A stretch of DNA of 64,000 nucleotides from an uncultured Chloroflexia bacterium (GTDB lineage Bacteria > Chloroflexota > Limnocylindria > QHBO01). Below the pieces are notes generated by a model. It was given only the letters and a program-made list of their open reading frames with translations. It did not search any database and had not been told where the DNA came from. Location of the stretch: positions 704,001 through 768,000 of the forward strand of contig CAWHAZ010000005.1 in the NCBI GenBank assembly GCA_963827475.1, given 5' to 3'. Positions 49,440-59,463 of this stretch are shown here, piece after piece (position 1 is the stretch's first letter; every line of letters begins with the position of its first letter). A program made the translations under genes and the position numbers.

Positions 49440-50096
49440 GTGCGCACGCCGCCCCGGGTCGCCTGGCTCTTCGCGCTGTGGGTCGGCGTCCTGACCCTGC
49501 TCACCGGTCCGCTGCTGCTGATCAACCCGCTGTTCATCGGCTGGCTGCAGGACCGCCATGACGTGGCCGACGGGCTGCACCTGCCCCAGGACGAGCTCGA
49601 CCGAATCAACGGCGAGATCGTGTGGGACATCTTCTCCGGCGGCGACTTCGACGTGACGTTCGACAACGGCGACCCGGTCCTCGACGCCGATGAGCGATCG
49701 CACATGGGCGATGTCAGCCGCCTGGTCCGCATCCTCGTCATCCTCGATGCGGTGGCCATCGCCTTCGCCGCCTGGGGCGGGAGGCTGCTGCGGACCGATC
49801 CCCACCGCCTGGGACGAATGCTCATCGCGGGCGCGGGCACGGTCGGCGTGGCGACGGTGGTGATCGGCGTCCTCGCGGTCGTGGCGTGGGACAGCGTCTT
49901 CACCCTGTTCCACGAGCTGCTGTTCCCGCCCGGGACGTGGTCGTTCCCGCCGGACTCGACGATGATCCTGCTCTATCCGCCTGACTTCTGGTTCGAGGCG
50001 GCCATGATCGCCGCGGTCCTGGTCCTCGCCACGTCGGCGACGCTTTCGTACGGCGGATGGCTGCGCCTGCGCGAGGCGGACGAGGCGGCCGCGTGA
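49440..50096 (+). CDS. DUF1461/TIGR01906 membrane protein (Lit-like)
   Basis: E.SHM.DV, F.LFHELLF, W.F, LYP.DF. Confidence 0.8.
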   Translation: MRTPPRVAWLFALWVGVLTLLTGPLLLINPLFIGWLQDRHDVADGLHLPQDELDRINGEIVWDIFSGGDFDVTFDNGDPVLDADERSHMGDVSRLVRILVILDAVAIAFAAWGGRLLRTDPHRLGRMLIAGAGTVGVATVVIGVLAVVAWDSVFTLFHELLFPPGTWSFPPDSTMILLYPPDFWFEAAMIAAVLVLATSATLSYGGWLRLREADEAAA

Positions 50097-51299
50097 TCAC
50101 TGTCGAGGAGGCGCGCGAGCGCCTGCTGGCCATCAGGCCGGCGACACGAACCGAACTCGTTTCCCTGACCGATGTGGTGGGCCGCGTCCTGGCCCAGCCT
50201 GCGATCGTGGCCCCGATCGACGTGCCCCCGTTCGCGAACTCGGCGATGGACGGATACGCGGTCCGAGCGGCGGATCTCCCCGGACGGCTGCGAATCACCG
50301 GTGAGGTGGCCGCCGGCGCCGGTCAGCTGCCGGACGTCGAGGCCGGGACCGCGGTCCGAATCTCCACCGGCGCGCCGATGCCACCGGGCGCCGACGCGGT
50401 GGTGCCGATCGAGCAGGCAACCGACACCGGTGAAGACATTGAGGTCACCGAGCCCGTCGCCGTCGGTAACCACGTTCGCGCGGCGGGCCACGATACGCGG
50501 AAGGGTGACGAGATCGGTATCTCGTCCCCACTGTCGCCCGCCGGCATTGGCGTCCTCGCGTCCCTTGGCCTGTCGGACGTGACGGTGCGTGCTCGGCCGC
50601 GGGTGGCGATCCTCTCCAGCGGGGAGGAGCTGACGGCTCCCGGGGCACCGCTGGCGGAGGGCCACATCTACGACGCGAATGACCCGGCCCTGCAGGCCGC
50701 GGTCACCGAGATGGGCGGAGAACCGGTCGCGCTCCCGCGAGTCGGCGACGACCTTTCGGCGGTCGAGGCCGCCCTTCGCGACGCGAGCCACGGGGCGGAC
50801 CTGGTGGTGACCTCCGGCGGGGTCAGCGTCGGGGCCCACGACCACATCCGCGACGCCATCGAGCGCCTCGGCCAGCTCGACTTCTGGCGCATCGCCATGC
50901 AGCCGGGCAAGCCGCTGGCGGTCGGTCGCATCGGCGAGACCACCGTCATCGGTCTACCGGGCAATCCGGTCAGTGCCCTGGTCGTGGCCGAGCTGCTGGT
51001 CCGGCCCCTGGTCCGGGCCGTCCTCGGTCTTGCCGGGGATGGGCGCCGGCACGTCCACGCGACCCTCGACCAGGACATGCGCAAGGATCCCGAGCGCGCG
51101 GCATATCTGCGGGTGGTCGTGCGCCAGACCGATGCCGGCTGGGCCGCGAGCCCAGCCGGGGGCCAGCTCTCGTCGCAGCTCCGCTCGCTGGCCGCGGCCA
51201 CGGGGCTGCTCGTCGTCCCGGTTGGGGAGCCCGCTGGACGAGCGGGGCACGCCTACGACACGATCCTCGCTGTCCGATCCCGATCCGGTGGAAGGCTGA
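50093..51299 (+). CDS. moeA: Molybdopterin molybdotransferase MoeA (reads in-frame into moaC)
   Basis: PPF.NSAMDGYA, I.TGAPMP.GAD.VV, SGGVSVG, QPGKP, GLPGNP. Confidence 0.92.
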
Positions 51300-51304
51300 C
51301 GTCG

Positions 51305-51784
51305 ATGAAACCGACCCATCTCGACGACGAGGGCGCGCCACGCATGGTCGACGTCAGCGCCAAGCCGATCACCGATCGACGCGCGGTGGCGGAGGCGACT
51401 GTCCGGATGCGCCCCGAGGTGCTGGCCACGCTCCTGGACGCCGCCGGCCCGAAGGGTGACGCCCTGGTCGTGGCACGGCTGGCGGGCGTGGCGGCCGCGA
51501 AGCGCACGGCCGAGCTCATCCCCCTCGCCCACCCGCTTCCCCTCGACGTGGTCGAGGTCGAGCCCACCGCGGATCGCGAGGCGGGGACGCTGACCCTGCG
51601 CGCCGAGGTCCTGGCGACGGCACGAACCGGAGTCGAGATGGAAGCGCTGACCGCCGCCGCCATCGCGGCGCTCACGATCTACGACATGGCCAAGGCGCTT
51701 CAGCGCGACATCGTCGTCGAGCGGGTCCGCCTCCTGGAGAAGTCGGGCGGTCGCAGCGGCGACTTCCGCGCCGAGGACGCCTGA
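51305..51784 (+). CDS. moaC: Cyclic pyranopterin monophosphate synthase
   Basis: THLD..G..RMVDVS.K, KRT.ELIPL.H, TGVEMEAL, IYDM.K, KSGG.SG. Confidence 0.93.
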   Translation: MKPTHLDDEGAPRMVDVSAKPITDRRAVAEATVRMRPEVLATLLDAAGPKGDALVVARLAGVAAAKRTAELIPLAHPLPLDVVEVEPTADREAGTLTLRAEVLATARTGVEMEALTAAAIAALTIYDMAKALQRDIVVERVRLLEKSGGRSGDFRAEDA

Positions 51785-51787
51785 CCG

Positions 51788-52288
51788 ATGACGCGCCCGC
51801 GGCTGATGCCCGAGGCAGTGGTCGTGGTCGTCTCGACCCGCGCGGCCGCCGGCACCCGCGCGGACACAGTCGGCCCGGCCCTGGTGGACGAGCTCAAGGC
51901 CGCCGGGTGGGACGTCGCCCTCGACCCGATCGTCGTCCCCGACGACGAACCACAGCTGGTGGAGCTCCTCGAGCAGCTATCCGATGACGGGCATCGTCTG
52001 GTCGTGACCACCGGCGGCACGGGACTGACGCCGACCGATCGGACGCCGGAGGCCACCTCGTGGGTGGCCGATCGGCTCGTCCCGGGTCTCGCGGAGCTCA
52101 TGCGAGCGGAAGGCGTCGCTTCGACGCCGCTCGCCGCGCTATCCCGCGGCGTGGTCGGCACTCGGGGCGCGACGCTCATCGTCAACCTGCCCGGTTCGCC
52201 CGATGGGGCCCTCGAGTCGCTTCACGCCGTCATGCCCGTCCTGCGCCACGCGGTGGATCAGCTGGCCGGCGGAGACCACCATGGCTGA
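51788..52288 (+). CDS. mog: MogA/MoaB molybdopterin adenylyltransferase
   Basis: VVPDD, TTGGTG..P.D.TPEA, SR...G, NLPGS. Confidence 0.88.
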   Translation: MTRPRLMPEAVVVVVSTRAAAGTRADTVGPALVDELKAAGWDVALDPIVVPDDEPQLVELLEQLSDDGHRLVVTTGGTGLTPTDRTPEATSWVADRLVPGLAELMRAEGVASTPLAALSRGVVGTRGATLIVNLPGSPDGALESLHAVMPVLRHAVDQLAGGDHHG

Positions 52289-53651
52289 CGCCGCAGGTAT
52301 CCCGGGCTTCGCCGGAGCGGTGATGGGTCCGTCTGACGACGGGTACGACACCCACCGCGAGGTGTGGAACGCGATGGTCGACCACCGACCGGCGGTGATT
52401 GCCCAGGCGTCGAGCGCGGCAGATGTGGCAGCTGCGATCCGCTTCGCTCGCCGGCACGATCTCGACATCGGCGTGAAGTGCGGCGGGCACAGCGTGCTCG
52501 GGCTTTCAGTGCCGGAAGACGGGCTGATGATCGACCTGACCCCGATGGGGGAGGTTCGGATTGATAGCGAGCAACGCCGCGCCTCCGTCGGAGGTGGAGC
52601 GCTGCTCCGCTACCTCGACCAGGCGTCGCTCGAACATGGCCTGGCCACGACCGCCGGGAACGTTTCGCACACCGGTGTCGGTGGCCTGACGCTGGGCGGC
52701 GGGATGGGATGGCTCGCTCGGCAATTTGGGCTCGCCTGTGACAACGTGGAGCGCTTCGAGGTCGTGACCGCCGACGGCGACGTCGTGCAGGCCACCAGCT
52801 CCGAGCATGACGACCTGTTCTGGGGCCTCCGCGGCGGGGGCGGTAACTTCGGGGTCGTCACCGAGTTCGAGTTTCGGCTCCACCCGGTCGTGAACCAGGC
52901 CCTGGCCGTCGACCTGATCTTTGACCCGGACGAGGCTGTCGAGCCCTTGCGGCGCTGGCGCGATCTGCTTCCCGACGCTCCCCGTGAGGCGACGCTGACC
53001 GCCGACGCGGTGACCAGCGATGGACGGCCGATCGTGGCCATCGGGTTCGTGTGGGTCGGCGATACCGGAAGCGCGCGCGGGCGTATCTGCGAGACGATGC
53101 GAAGCATCGGATCCCCGCGCAGCGAATCGGTCCAGGAGATGAGCTACCTGGACCTCCAGCGGATCGGCGATGACCGTCATCACCACGGCATGCGGCGATA
53201 CTCCGCCGGCCATTACCTCGTCGAGTTCCCGGATGCCGCGATCGACGCTTTCCTCAGCCGCGGCGTGTCATCTGGCGAGGCGGTCGATTGGACTCGGGTG
53301 GCGGGCGGAGGCTTCCAGGCCTACGGTGGGGCGATCGGCGAGGTCGCGAACGATGACTCGGCGTTCAGCCATCGTGATGCCCTTATCGAGTTCTTCGCGG
53401 GCCAGACCTGGGTAGACCCCGCGGAGGATGCTGCGCGCATGGCCTCCGCGCGAGCATTTGGTGCGGCGCTGGCCCCGTTCGCCAGCGGCGTGTACGTCAA
53501 CGTGGTCTTCGATCAGAGCCCGGCAGAGCTCACCCGCGCCTACGGGGAAGCGAAGCTGGCTCGCCTGGCGGCACTCAAGCACCGCTGGGACCCGGACAAC
53601 GTCTTCCACCTGAACCAGAACATCGCCCCACGGCCCGATAGCAAAGAATGA
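52281..53651 (+). CDS. FAD-linked oxidoreductase (VAO/BBE family)
   Basis: GGHS, GLTLGGG.G, LFWGLRGGGGNFGVVT, YVN, LK..WDP.NVF..NQN. Confidence 0.9.
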   Translation: MADAAGIPGFAGAVMGPSDDGYDTHREVWNAMVDHRPAVIAQASSAADVAAAIRFARRHDLDIGVKCGGHSVLGLSVPEDGLMIDLTPMGEVRIDSEQRRASVGGGALLRYLDQASLEHGLATTAGNVSHTGVGGLTLGGGMGWLARQFGLACDNVERFEVVTADGDVVQATSSEHDDLFWGLRGGGGNFGVVTEFEFRLHPVVNQALAVDLIFDPDEAVEPLRRWRDLLPDAPREATLTADAVTSDGRPIVAIGFVWVGDTGSARGRICETMRSIGSPRSESVQEMSYLDLQRIGDDRHHHGMRRYSAGHYLVEFPDAAIDAFLSRGVSSGEAVDWTRVAGGGFQAYGGAIGEVANDDSAFSHRDALIEFFAGQTWVDPAEDAARMASARAFGAALAPFASGVYVNVVFDQSPAELTRAYGEAKLARLAALKHRWDPDNVFHLNQNIAPRPDSKE

Positions 53652-53727
53652 CAAGGCGGGCCCTTCGGTAGACCCATACCGTGTGATCGACATCGGAGCA
53701 CCCGATGACGACGAACGCGGAAGAGGG

Positions 53728-54276
53728 ATGGATACCGATCTCGTGGTTCGAGCCCAGCACGGTGACAGGGGGGCATTCGCCAGCCTTGCCACCGAGGTAG
53801 CTGATCGGTTCCTGGCCGTGGCCCGCAAGATCTTGCGTGACCACGATCTTGCCGAGGATGCGACGCAGCAGGCGCTGCTCAGCATCTGGCAGGACCTCCC
53901 GCAGCTGCGCGACCCGGCACGCTTTGAGGCCTGGTCGTATCGGCTCCTCGTGCACGCCTGCTATGCCGAGAGCCGGAGGCAGCGACGCTGGACACCGAAC
54001 ATTCGGCTGCTTCCTACCGATGAGCCGATCGCGGACGATGACCTGAGCTCGGTTGTCGATCGCGACCTGCTCGAGGCTGGATTCCGTCGCCTCTCGATCG
54101 ATCACCGAACGGTGGTGGTGCTGCACCACTACCAGGACCTGCCGCTCGATCGGGTCGCCGAGATCCTCGGCATCCCGGTCGGGACGGCTCACTCTCGACT
54201 TCATCATGCGATGCGTGCGCTGCGCGCGGCGCTCGACGCCGACGCCCGGCCGGAGGCGCGGGAGGCTGCTCGATGA
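53728..54276 (+). CDS. ECF sigma-70 factor 1
   Basis: AQ.GD..AF, AEDATQ, LRDP.RFEAW, region 4 EILGIPVGT..SRLH. Confidence 0.92.
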   Translation: MDTDLVVRAQHGDRGAFASLATEVADRFLAVARKILRDHDLAEDATQQALLSIWQDLPQLRDPARFEAWSYRLLVHACYAESRRQRRWTPNIRLLPTDEPIADDDLSSVVDRDLLEAGFRRLSIDHRTVVVLHHYQDLPLDRVAEILGIPVGTAHSRLHHAMRALRAALDADARPEAREAAR

Positions 54277-55196
54277 GCACCGAACGCGACCCCCAGCGCA
54301 TCGTCCTGTCGTGGCTCCGCTCGGACGAGCACGTGTCCGCGGATCGACTCCTCGACATCGTGCTCTTCGCAGTGGACACGACCCCACAGCGCCAGTCCTC
54401 TTGGCTGGCGTGGAGGTCACCCTTCATGAGTAACACCGTTCGCATCGCCCTCGCGGCAGCAGCCGTGGTGGTGGTGGCGCTCATCGGCTACCAGCTGCTG
54501 GTCGCCCCAACAACTGTCGGCGGCCCTCCGCCGTCTCCATCTCCCTCCGAAACACCGACTCCGTCCCCGGCGGCGACGCCGGCGACGCCTGCGGCCGTCG
54601 TGGACTTCACGGCCCACGCCGGCGGGGGCGCCGAGCTGGTCCCGGGCCAGTACCGCATCACGACGGCCCCGCCGGTCGGGGTCGTGATCACGGTGCCCGA
54701 TGAGCCGTTCGGCGGATGCCCTTCGGCCTGGTTCAAGGCCCTGTACGACTGGGGCCCGTGGCACCAGACCAACGAGGCACGGCTTGGCGTCGTTGACGTC
54801 TCGAACCTGTACGCCAACCCCTGCCGCGCGCCGGAGCAGGGCCTCCGCGACCCTGCGATCGGTCCGACGGTCGCCGACCTGGCCTCGGCCCTCGGCACGA
54901 TCCCGGAAGTTTCGGCCACCGCCCCCGTAGACGCCCAGTTGGACGGCATCTCTGGGCAGCTTGTAGAGCTCACGGCGGGCGACCGAACTGATTCGTGCGT
55001 CGACGACTCGTTCATGTGGAGGTCGACGTATTCCGGTCCGAGTTTGCTGGCCCCCGATCCTGGTGATTTGACCCGAGTCTGGATCCTGGACGTTGGGGGC
55101 ACCCGGCTGGTGGTCTGGGCAAGCGAAGACGCGGAATTCACCGATCACGAGGCCATGCAGACCCTGGTGGACTCGATCCAGATCGAAGCGCCGTAA
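54273..55196 (+). CDS. Putative anti-sigma factor (short N-domain, TM, extracellular domain)
   Basis: Coupled to ECF 1; WL...DTTPQR N-domain, one TM, P/S/T linker. Confidence 0.75.
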   Translation: MSTERDPQRIVLSWLRSDEHVSADRLLDIVLFAVDTTPQRQSSWLAWRSPFMSNTVRIALAAAAVVVVALIGYQLLVAPTTVGGPPPSPSPSETPTPSPAATPATPAAVVDFTAHAGGGAELVPGQYRITTAPPVGVVITVPDEPFGGCPSAWFKALYDWGPWHQTNEARLGVVDVSNLYANPCRAPEQGLRDPAIGPTVADLASALGTIPEVSATAPVDAQLDGISGQLVELTAGDRTDSCVDDSFMWRSTYSGPSLLAPDPGDLTRVWILDVGGTRLVVWASEDAEFTDHEAMQTLVDSIQIEAP

Positions 55197-55206
55197 CTAA
55201 TCCTCC

Positions 55207-55237
55207 GCTGGCGGGGCCCGGCACGGACCCCGCCAGC
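55207..55237 (+). terminator. GC-rich stem-loop
   Basis: GCTGGCGGGG..CCCCGCCAGC 10-bp stem after the stop; no U-tract. Confidence 0.5.
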
Positions 55238-55346
55238 CTCCCTGACCCGCTCTGCCCTCTGCACCCGGGATTGAAGGATCCGCCGCCGCCGGCGGCACAT
55301 ACCGGGTGATCGTGCCGGAATCAACCGGCGCACCATGCGGTGAGGG

Positions 55347-55892
55347 ATGGACACAGACCTCGTGATAGCGGCTCAGCGCGGGGACGAAGAAGCCTTTGCC
55401 ATGCTGGTCGTGGCGCACGGCGGGCGGCTGCAGGCCGTGGCGCATCGGATCCTTCGCGACTTCGACCTGGCCGAGGACGCCACACAGCAGGCCCTGGTGC
55501 GGATCTGGAAGAGCCTCCCCAAACTGCGGGACCCCGCGCGATTCGAGGCTTGGTCCTACCAGCTCCTGGTCCGCGCCTGCCACGCTGAGGCTCGCCGGAG
55601 CCGCCGCTGGACACCCGGGCTGCGCCTGGTCGAGACCGATGAGCCAACAGTTGACCCGCTCGGCGTAATCGCGGACCGCGACCAGCTCGAGCGGGCGTTT
55701 CGCGGCCTATCGGTGGACCACCGGGCCGTGGTTGTCCTTCACTACTACCTCGACCTACCCCTCGCCGAGGTGGCCGACGTGCTCGGCATCCCGGTCGGCA
55801 CCGCCGGATCGCGTCTCCACTACGCCATCAGGGCGCTCCACGCTGCGCTCGACGCCGCGGCTCGACCGACGCTGCAGGAGGCCACCCAATGA
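55347..55892 (+). CDS. ECF sigma-70 factor 2 (paralog of ECF 1)
   Basis: MDTDLV..AQ.GD, AEDATQQAL, LRDPARFEAWSY, LGIPVGTA.SRLH. Confidence 0.92.
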   Translation: MDTDLVIAAQRGDEEAFAMLVVAHGGRLQAVAHRILRDFDLAEDATQQALVRIWKSLPKLRDPARFEAWSYQLLVRACHAEARRSRRWTPGLRLVETDEPTVDPLGVIADRDQLERAFRGLSVDHRAVVVLHYYLDLPLAEVADVLGIPVGTAGSRLHYAIRALHAALDAAARPTLQEATQ

Positions 55893-57094
55893 ATCACTCG
55901 GAAGCGGAGCGTGCGCGTGCTATCCGCGCCTGGCTGAGCGAGGGAAGCAGTGAGCTCTCGCCGCGAGTCCTCGACGGCGTTCTGCACGAAGTTCCCGCGA
56001 CGCCCCAGGACCGGCCGTTCTGGTCATCCCGCTGGCCAGGGATGAGCACGTTCGCCGCGGTGGCCGCCGTGGCTGCGGCCCTGGTCGTCGTGGTAGTGGG
56101 TATCAGCCTGTTGGGCGGCGTAGCCCCGGGTGGCGAGGGACCGGCGGCAGCATCTCCACCGCCGACGCTGGCTCCGAAGACGGACCTCGGGGTGTTCGAG
56201 TCGGCGCGGGGGCGAATCGTCTTCCGAGCGTCGTTCCACCTTGAGGCAATTGACCCATTCGATCCGACCTCGCGGCAGGTCATCGAGCTGCCCGCCACCG
56301 TCGACATGCCCAGGTGGATGCCGGTCGGCTTTTCGGCGGATGGTTCGCTTCTCGCGTTCACCGACGAGGACCGAGGTCGGATGTACGTGATGGATGCCGC
56401 CGGTTCGGCGCGCCGGATCCCGATCGAGGAGCTGCAGCTCGGCATGGGCTGCTGCTCTTTCGTGGACTCCAACTGGCTGTCACCTGACGGGACCTCGGGG
56501 CTCGCCTTTGCGCCATCCGAATCGGGGATGGGAAGGCTGCACGTGCTGAATCTCGATGACATCGCCGCCAGTCGGGTAGTCGAGGTGCGGGCCGAGGGGG
56601 GTAACGACCAGCCATGGATGCCCGTATGGTCTCCGGACGGGTCGCAGGTCGCCTATGTCTGGAGCAAAGACGGCGGCATGGCCACGCCTGCTGTCGGGAT
56701 TGTCGACCTGGCCAGCGGAAGCAGCCGCGAACTGGTCTCGGGCTTGGGTCTGATCAGGCAGCTGGCCTGGTCTCCGGACGGATCCCAGCTTCTGGTCGTC
56801 GCCGGTCGCGACGCCCACCCTACGCCGTGGCCTCAGGCGGCCAGCCTCTACGTGGTTGACATCGACGACGGAGAGCCTCACCAAATCGCCTCAGGCCACT
56901 ACATCTCCGCCGCCTGGTCGCCCGAAGGCACGCAAATCGCCGCGATCGACTTCAGCGGCGTCGGGATGCGAGAAGTGCGGGAAGTGGTTGTCGTCGACGC
57001 TGACGGTTCAGTTGGCCGTCAGCTACTGGCCACGATTCCCTCCGGCGACCCCTTCACCGGAGTGGTGTGGCACCCCGTGTCGGCACCCGAGTGA
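55889..57094 (+). CDS. Putative anti-sigma factor with extracellular TolB/PD40 beta-propeller
   Basis: AWL.EG..PATPQ.R N-domain, TM, repeated WSPDG motifs. Confidence 0.8.
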   Translation: MNHSEAERARAIRAWLSEGSSELSPRVLDGVLHEVPATPQDRPFWSSRWPGMSTFAAVAAVAAALVVVVVGISLLGGVAPGGEGPAAASPPPTLAPKTDLGVFESARGRIVFRASFHLEAIDPFDPTSRQVIELPATVDMPRWMPVGFSADGSLLAFTDEDRGRMYVMDAAGSARRIPIEELQLGMGCCSFVDSNWLSPDGTSGLAFAPSESGMGRLHVLNLDDIAASRVVEVRAEGGNDQPWMPVWSPDGSQVAYVWSKDGGMATPAVGIVDLASGSSRELVSGLGLIRQLAWSPDGSQLLVVAGRDAHPTPWPQAASLYVVDIDDGEPHQIASGHYISAAWSPEGTQIAAIDFSGVGMREVREVVVVDADGSVGRQLLATIPSGDPFTGVVWHPVSAPE

Positions 57095-57162
57095 GCGACG
57101 ATCAAAATACTCTCGGGGAGGCCCTCCATGTGCTAACGCCCGCCGGCTAGCATGCTCGGCGC

Positions 57163-59400
57163 ATGCCGCCGAATCCGCCGGAGCTGCCGTACTACCCGCT
57201 GATCGTCGTCCCGCTGGCGATCGCCATCTTCCTGTTCTGGCGCCGGAGCCGGCTCCACTGGGCGGTGCTCCGCGCCGGCCGGCCGCTGCCGCGCCTGGAC
57301 AAGCCCCGGGAGCGGATCTGGAGCGTGATCCGCTACGTCATCGCCCAGGAGCGGCTCCTGCGCGACCCGGTTCCCGGGCTCATGCACGCGTTCGTGTTCT
57401 GGGGCTTCCTCGTCCTGCTGGTCACGACCGGCAACTACCTGACCAACGGCCTGGTCGAGCGCATCGTCACCGCCATCCCGATCGTCGGCGGCCTGCTGTG
57501 GGCGCTCGCCATCTTCGGCGCCAACGTGTTCATCGGTCTGGTCCTGGTGGGGATCGGCTACTCGGTCATCCGCCGGATCGTCATCCGGCCTGCTCGCCTG
57601 GCCCTGAGCCGGGATGCGTTCGTGATCCTTGGCCTCATCGGTCTGGTGGTCGTCACCGAGGCCTTTGCCGACGCGTTCGGCTACGTCCTCGAGCCCGACA
57701 ACCCGACCCGGATCGTGGCCGTCATCGCCGGACCGTTGAGCCTGGTGCTGGAGCTGTTCGGAACCGACCGTCGCGGCGTGGGGGTTCGCGATCTTCGCCT
57801 GGGCCCACGTCATGGCGGTCATGGCCTTCGGGACGTACCTGCCGTACAGCAAGCACCTCCACATCATCACCAGCGAGCCGAACGTCTACCTCATGAACCT
57901 CGAGCCGCGCGGCGCGCTGCGGAAGATGGACCTCGAGGCCGACCCGCCGCCCGGCGGGGGAGCGACGTTCGGCGCCGCCGCACTCCGCGACCTCACCTGG
58001 CGCCACCTCCTCGACCCGCTGGCCTGCACCGAGTGCGGCCGCTGCATGGAGTTCTGCCCCGCGTCGTACAGCGGCAAGACGCTGTCGCCCAAGCACCTGA
58101 TGGAAGGGCTGCGTGACCAGATCGTGGCCGCCGAGACGGCGCTGGTGGCCGCCGCCGGCGCCCAGCGGGCGGCGAAGGGTGCGGCGAACGGGACCAACGG
58201 CGGATCGACCGATGGCGCCGCTGCGGCGGAGGTCGGCCTGTCGCATGGCGAAGCAGCGTGCGCTCGAGGCCCTGAGCCTGCCCCTGGTCGACAACGCCAT
58301 CCCCGAAGAAGCGGTCTGGCAGTGCACGACCTGCGGCTGGTGCGTCGAGGGCTGCCCGGTGCTCATCGAGCACGTCGACACCATCGTCGAGATCCGCCGC
58401 AACCTCGTGCTGGAGGAGAGCCGCTTCCCGCGCGAGCTGGCCGGCGCCTTCCGCAACATGGAGACCGCCGGCAACCCGTGGGGCCAGCCACGAGCTTCGC
58501 GCCTGGACTGGGCCAAGGGCCTGGACGTATCGGTCCTCGGCAAATCCAATGGCCACGCGAACGGCCAGACGGCCGGACAGACCGATGGCGAGGCGGCAAC
58601 CGATCCGGCATCGGCTCCGGAAGGGGTCCTGTACTGGGTCGGCTGCGCCGGCGCGTTCGACGAGCGGAACCGAAAGGTGGTGCGGGCGATGGCCGCCCTC
58701 CTGCGCCAGGCCGAGATCCCGTTCTGGGTGCTGGGCAGCGGCGAGACCTGCTCCGGCGACCCGGCCCGGCGAGCGGGCAACGAGTACCTGTTCCAGATCC
58801 TGGCCGAGGAGAACGTGGCGACCCTCACCGCAGCCCACGACGAGCACGGGATCCGCACCATCGTGGCCTCCTGCCCGCACTGCTTCAACACCATCCGCAA
58901 CGAGTACCCGCAGTTCGGCCTGACCGGGATCGAGGTCATCCACCACACCCAGCTCCTGGAGCGGCTGGTGACCGAGGGCCGGCTGAAGCCGATGTTCGGC
59001 GTCTCCCATCGGGCCATCGCCTACCACGACGCCTGCTACCTCGGGCCGCTACAACGACGTCTACGAGCCCGGCCGCCAGGTCGTCGAGAGCGTGCCGGGC
59101 AACGAGGTGGTCGAGATGGACCTCCACCACCGGAAGGGCATGTGCTGCGGGGCGGGCGGCGCCCGGATGTGGATGGAGGAGCACGAGGGGCGGCGGATCA
59201 ACCACGTCCGCACCGAGCAGGCGCTGGGCACCGGGGCGGCGGCCATCGCCACCGCCTGCCCGTTCTGCCTGGTCATGCTCCGCGACGGGACGACGGACCT
59301 GCGCCGGGACGACGTGCCGGTGCGGGACGTCGCCGAGCTGCTGGCGGACGCCACCGGCGTGTGGATCCGCGACGCCAATGGTCCTGCCCGGCTGACCTGA
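57163..59400 (+). CDS. FadF/HdrD-like membrane Fe-S oxidoreductase, frameshifts near 57775, 58245 and 59045
   Basis: NarI-like TMs (H...FWGF, PYSKHLH), CTECGRC..CP, CTTCG.C..CP, CCG domains (SCPHC, YHDAC, CCGAGG, ACPFC). Confidence 0.87.
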
Positions 59401-59417
59401 GCGGCAGGGTATCCTCG

Positions 59418-59450
59418 CCCGAACCGCACCCGAACTGCACCCGAACCGCA
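59418..59450 (+). repeat. Three tandem 11-bp direct repeats in the 5' region of the aminotransferase gene
   Basis: CCCGAACCGCA-CCCGAACTGCA-CCCGAACCGCA. Confidence 0.8.
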
Positions 59451-59463
59451 TCACAGGAGTCGC

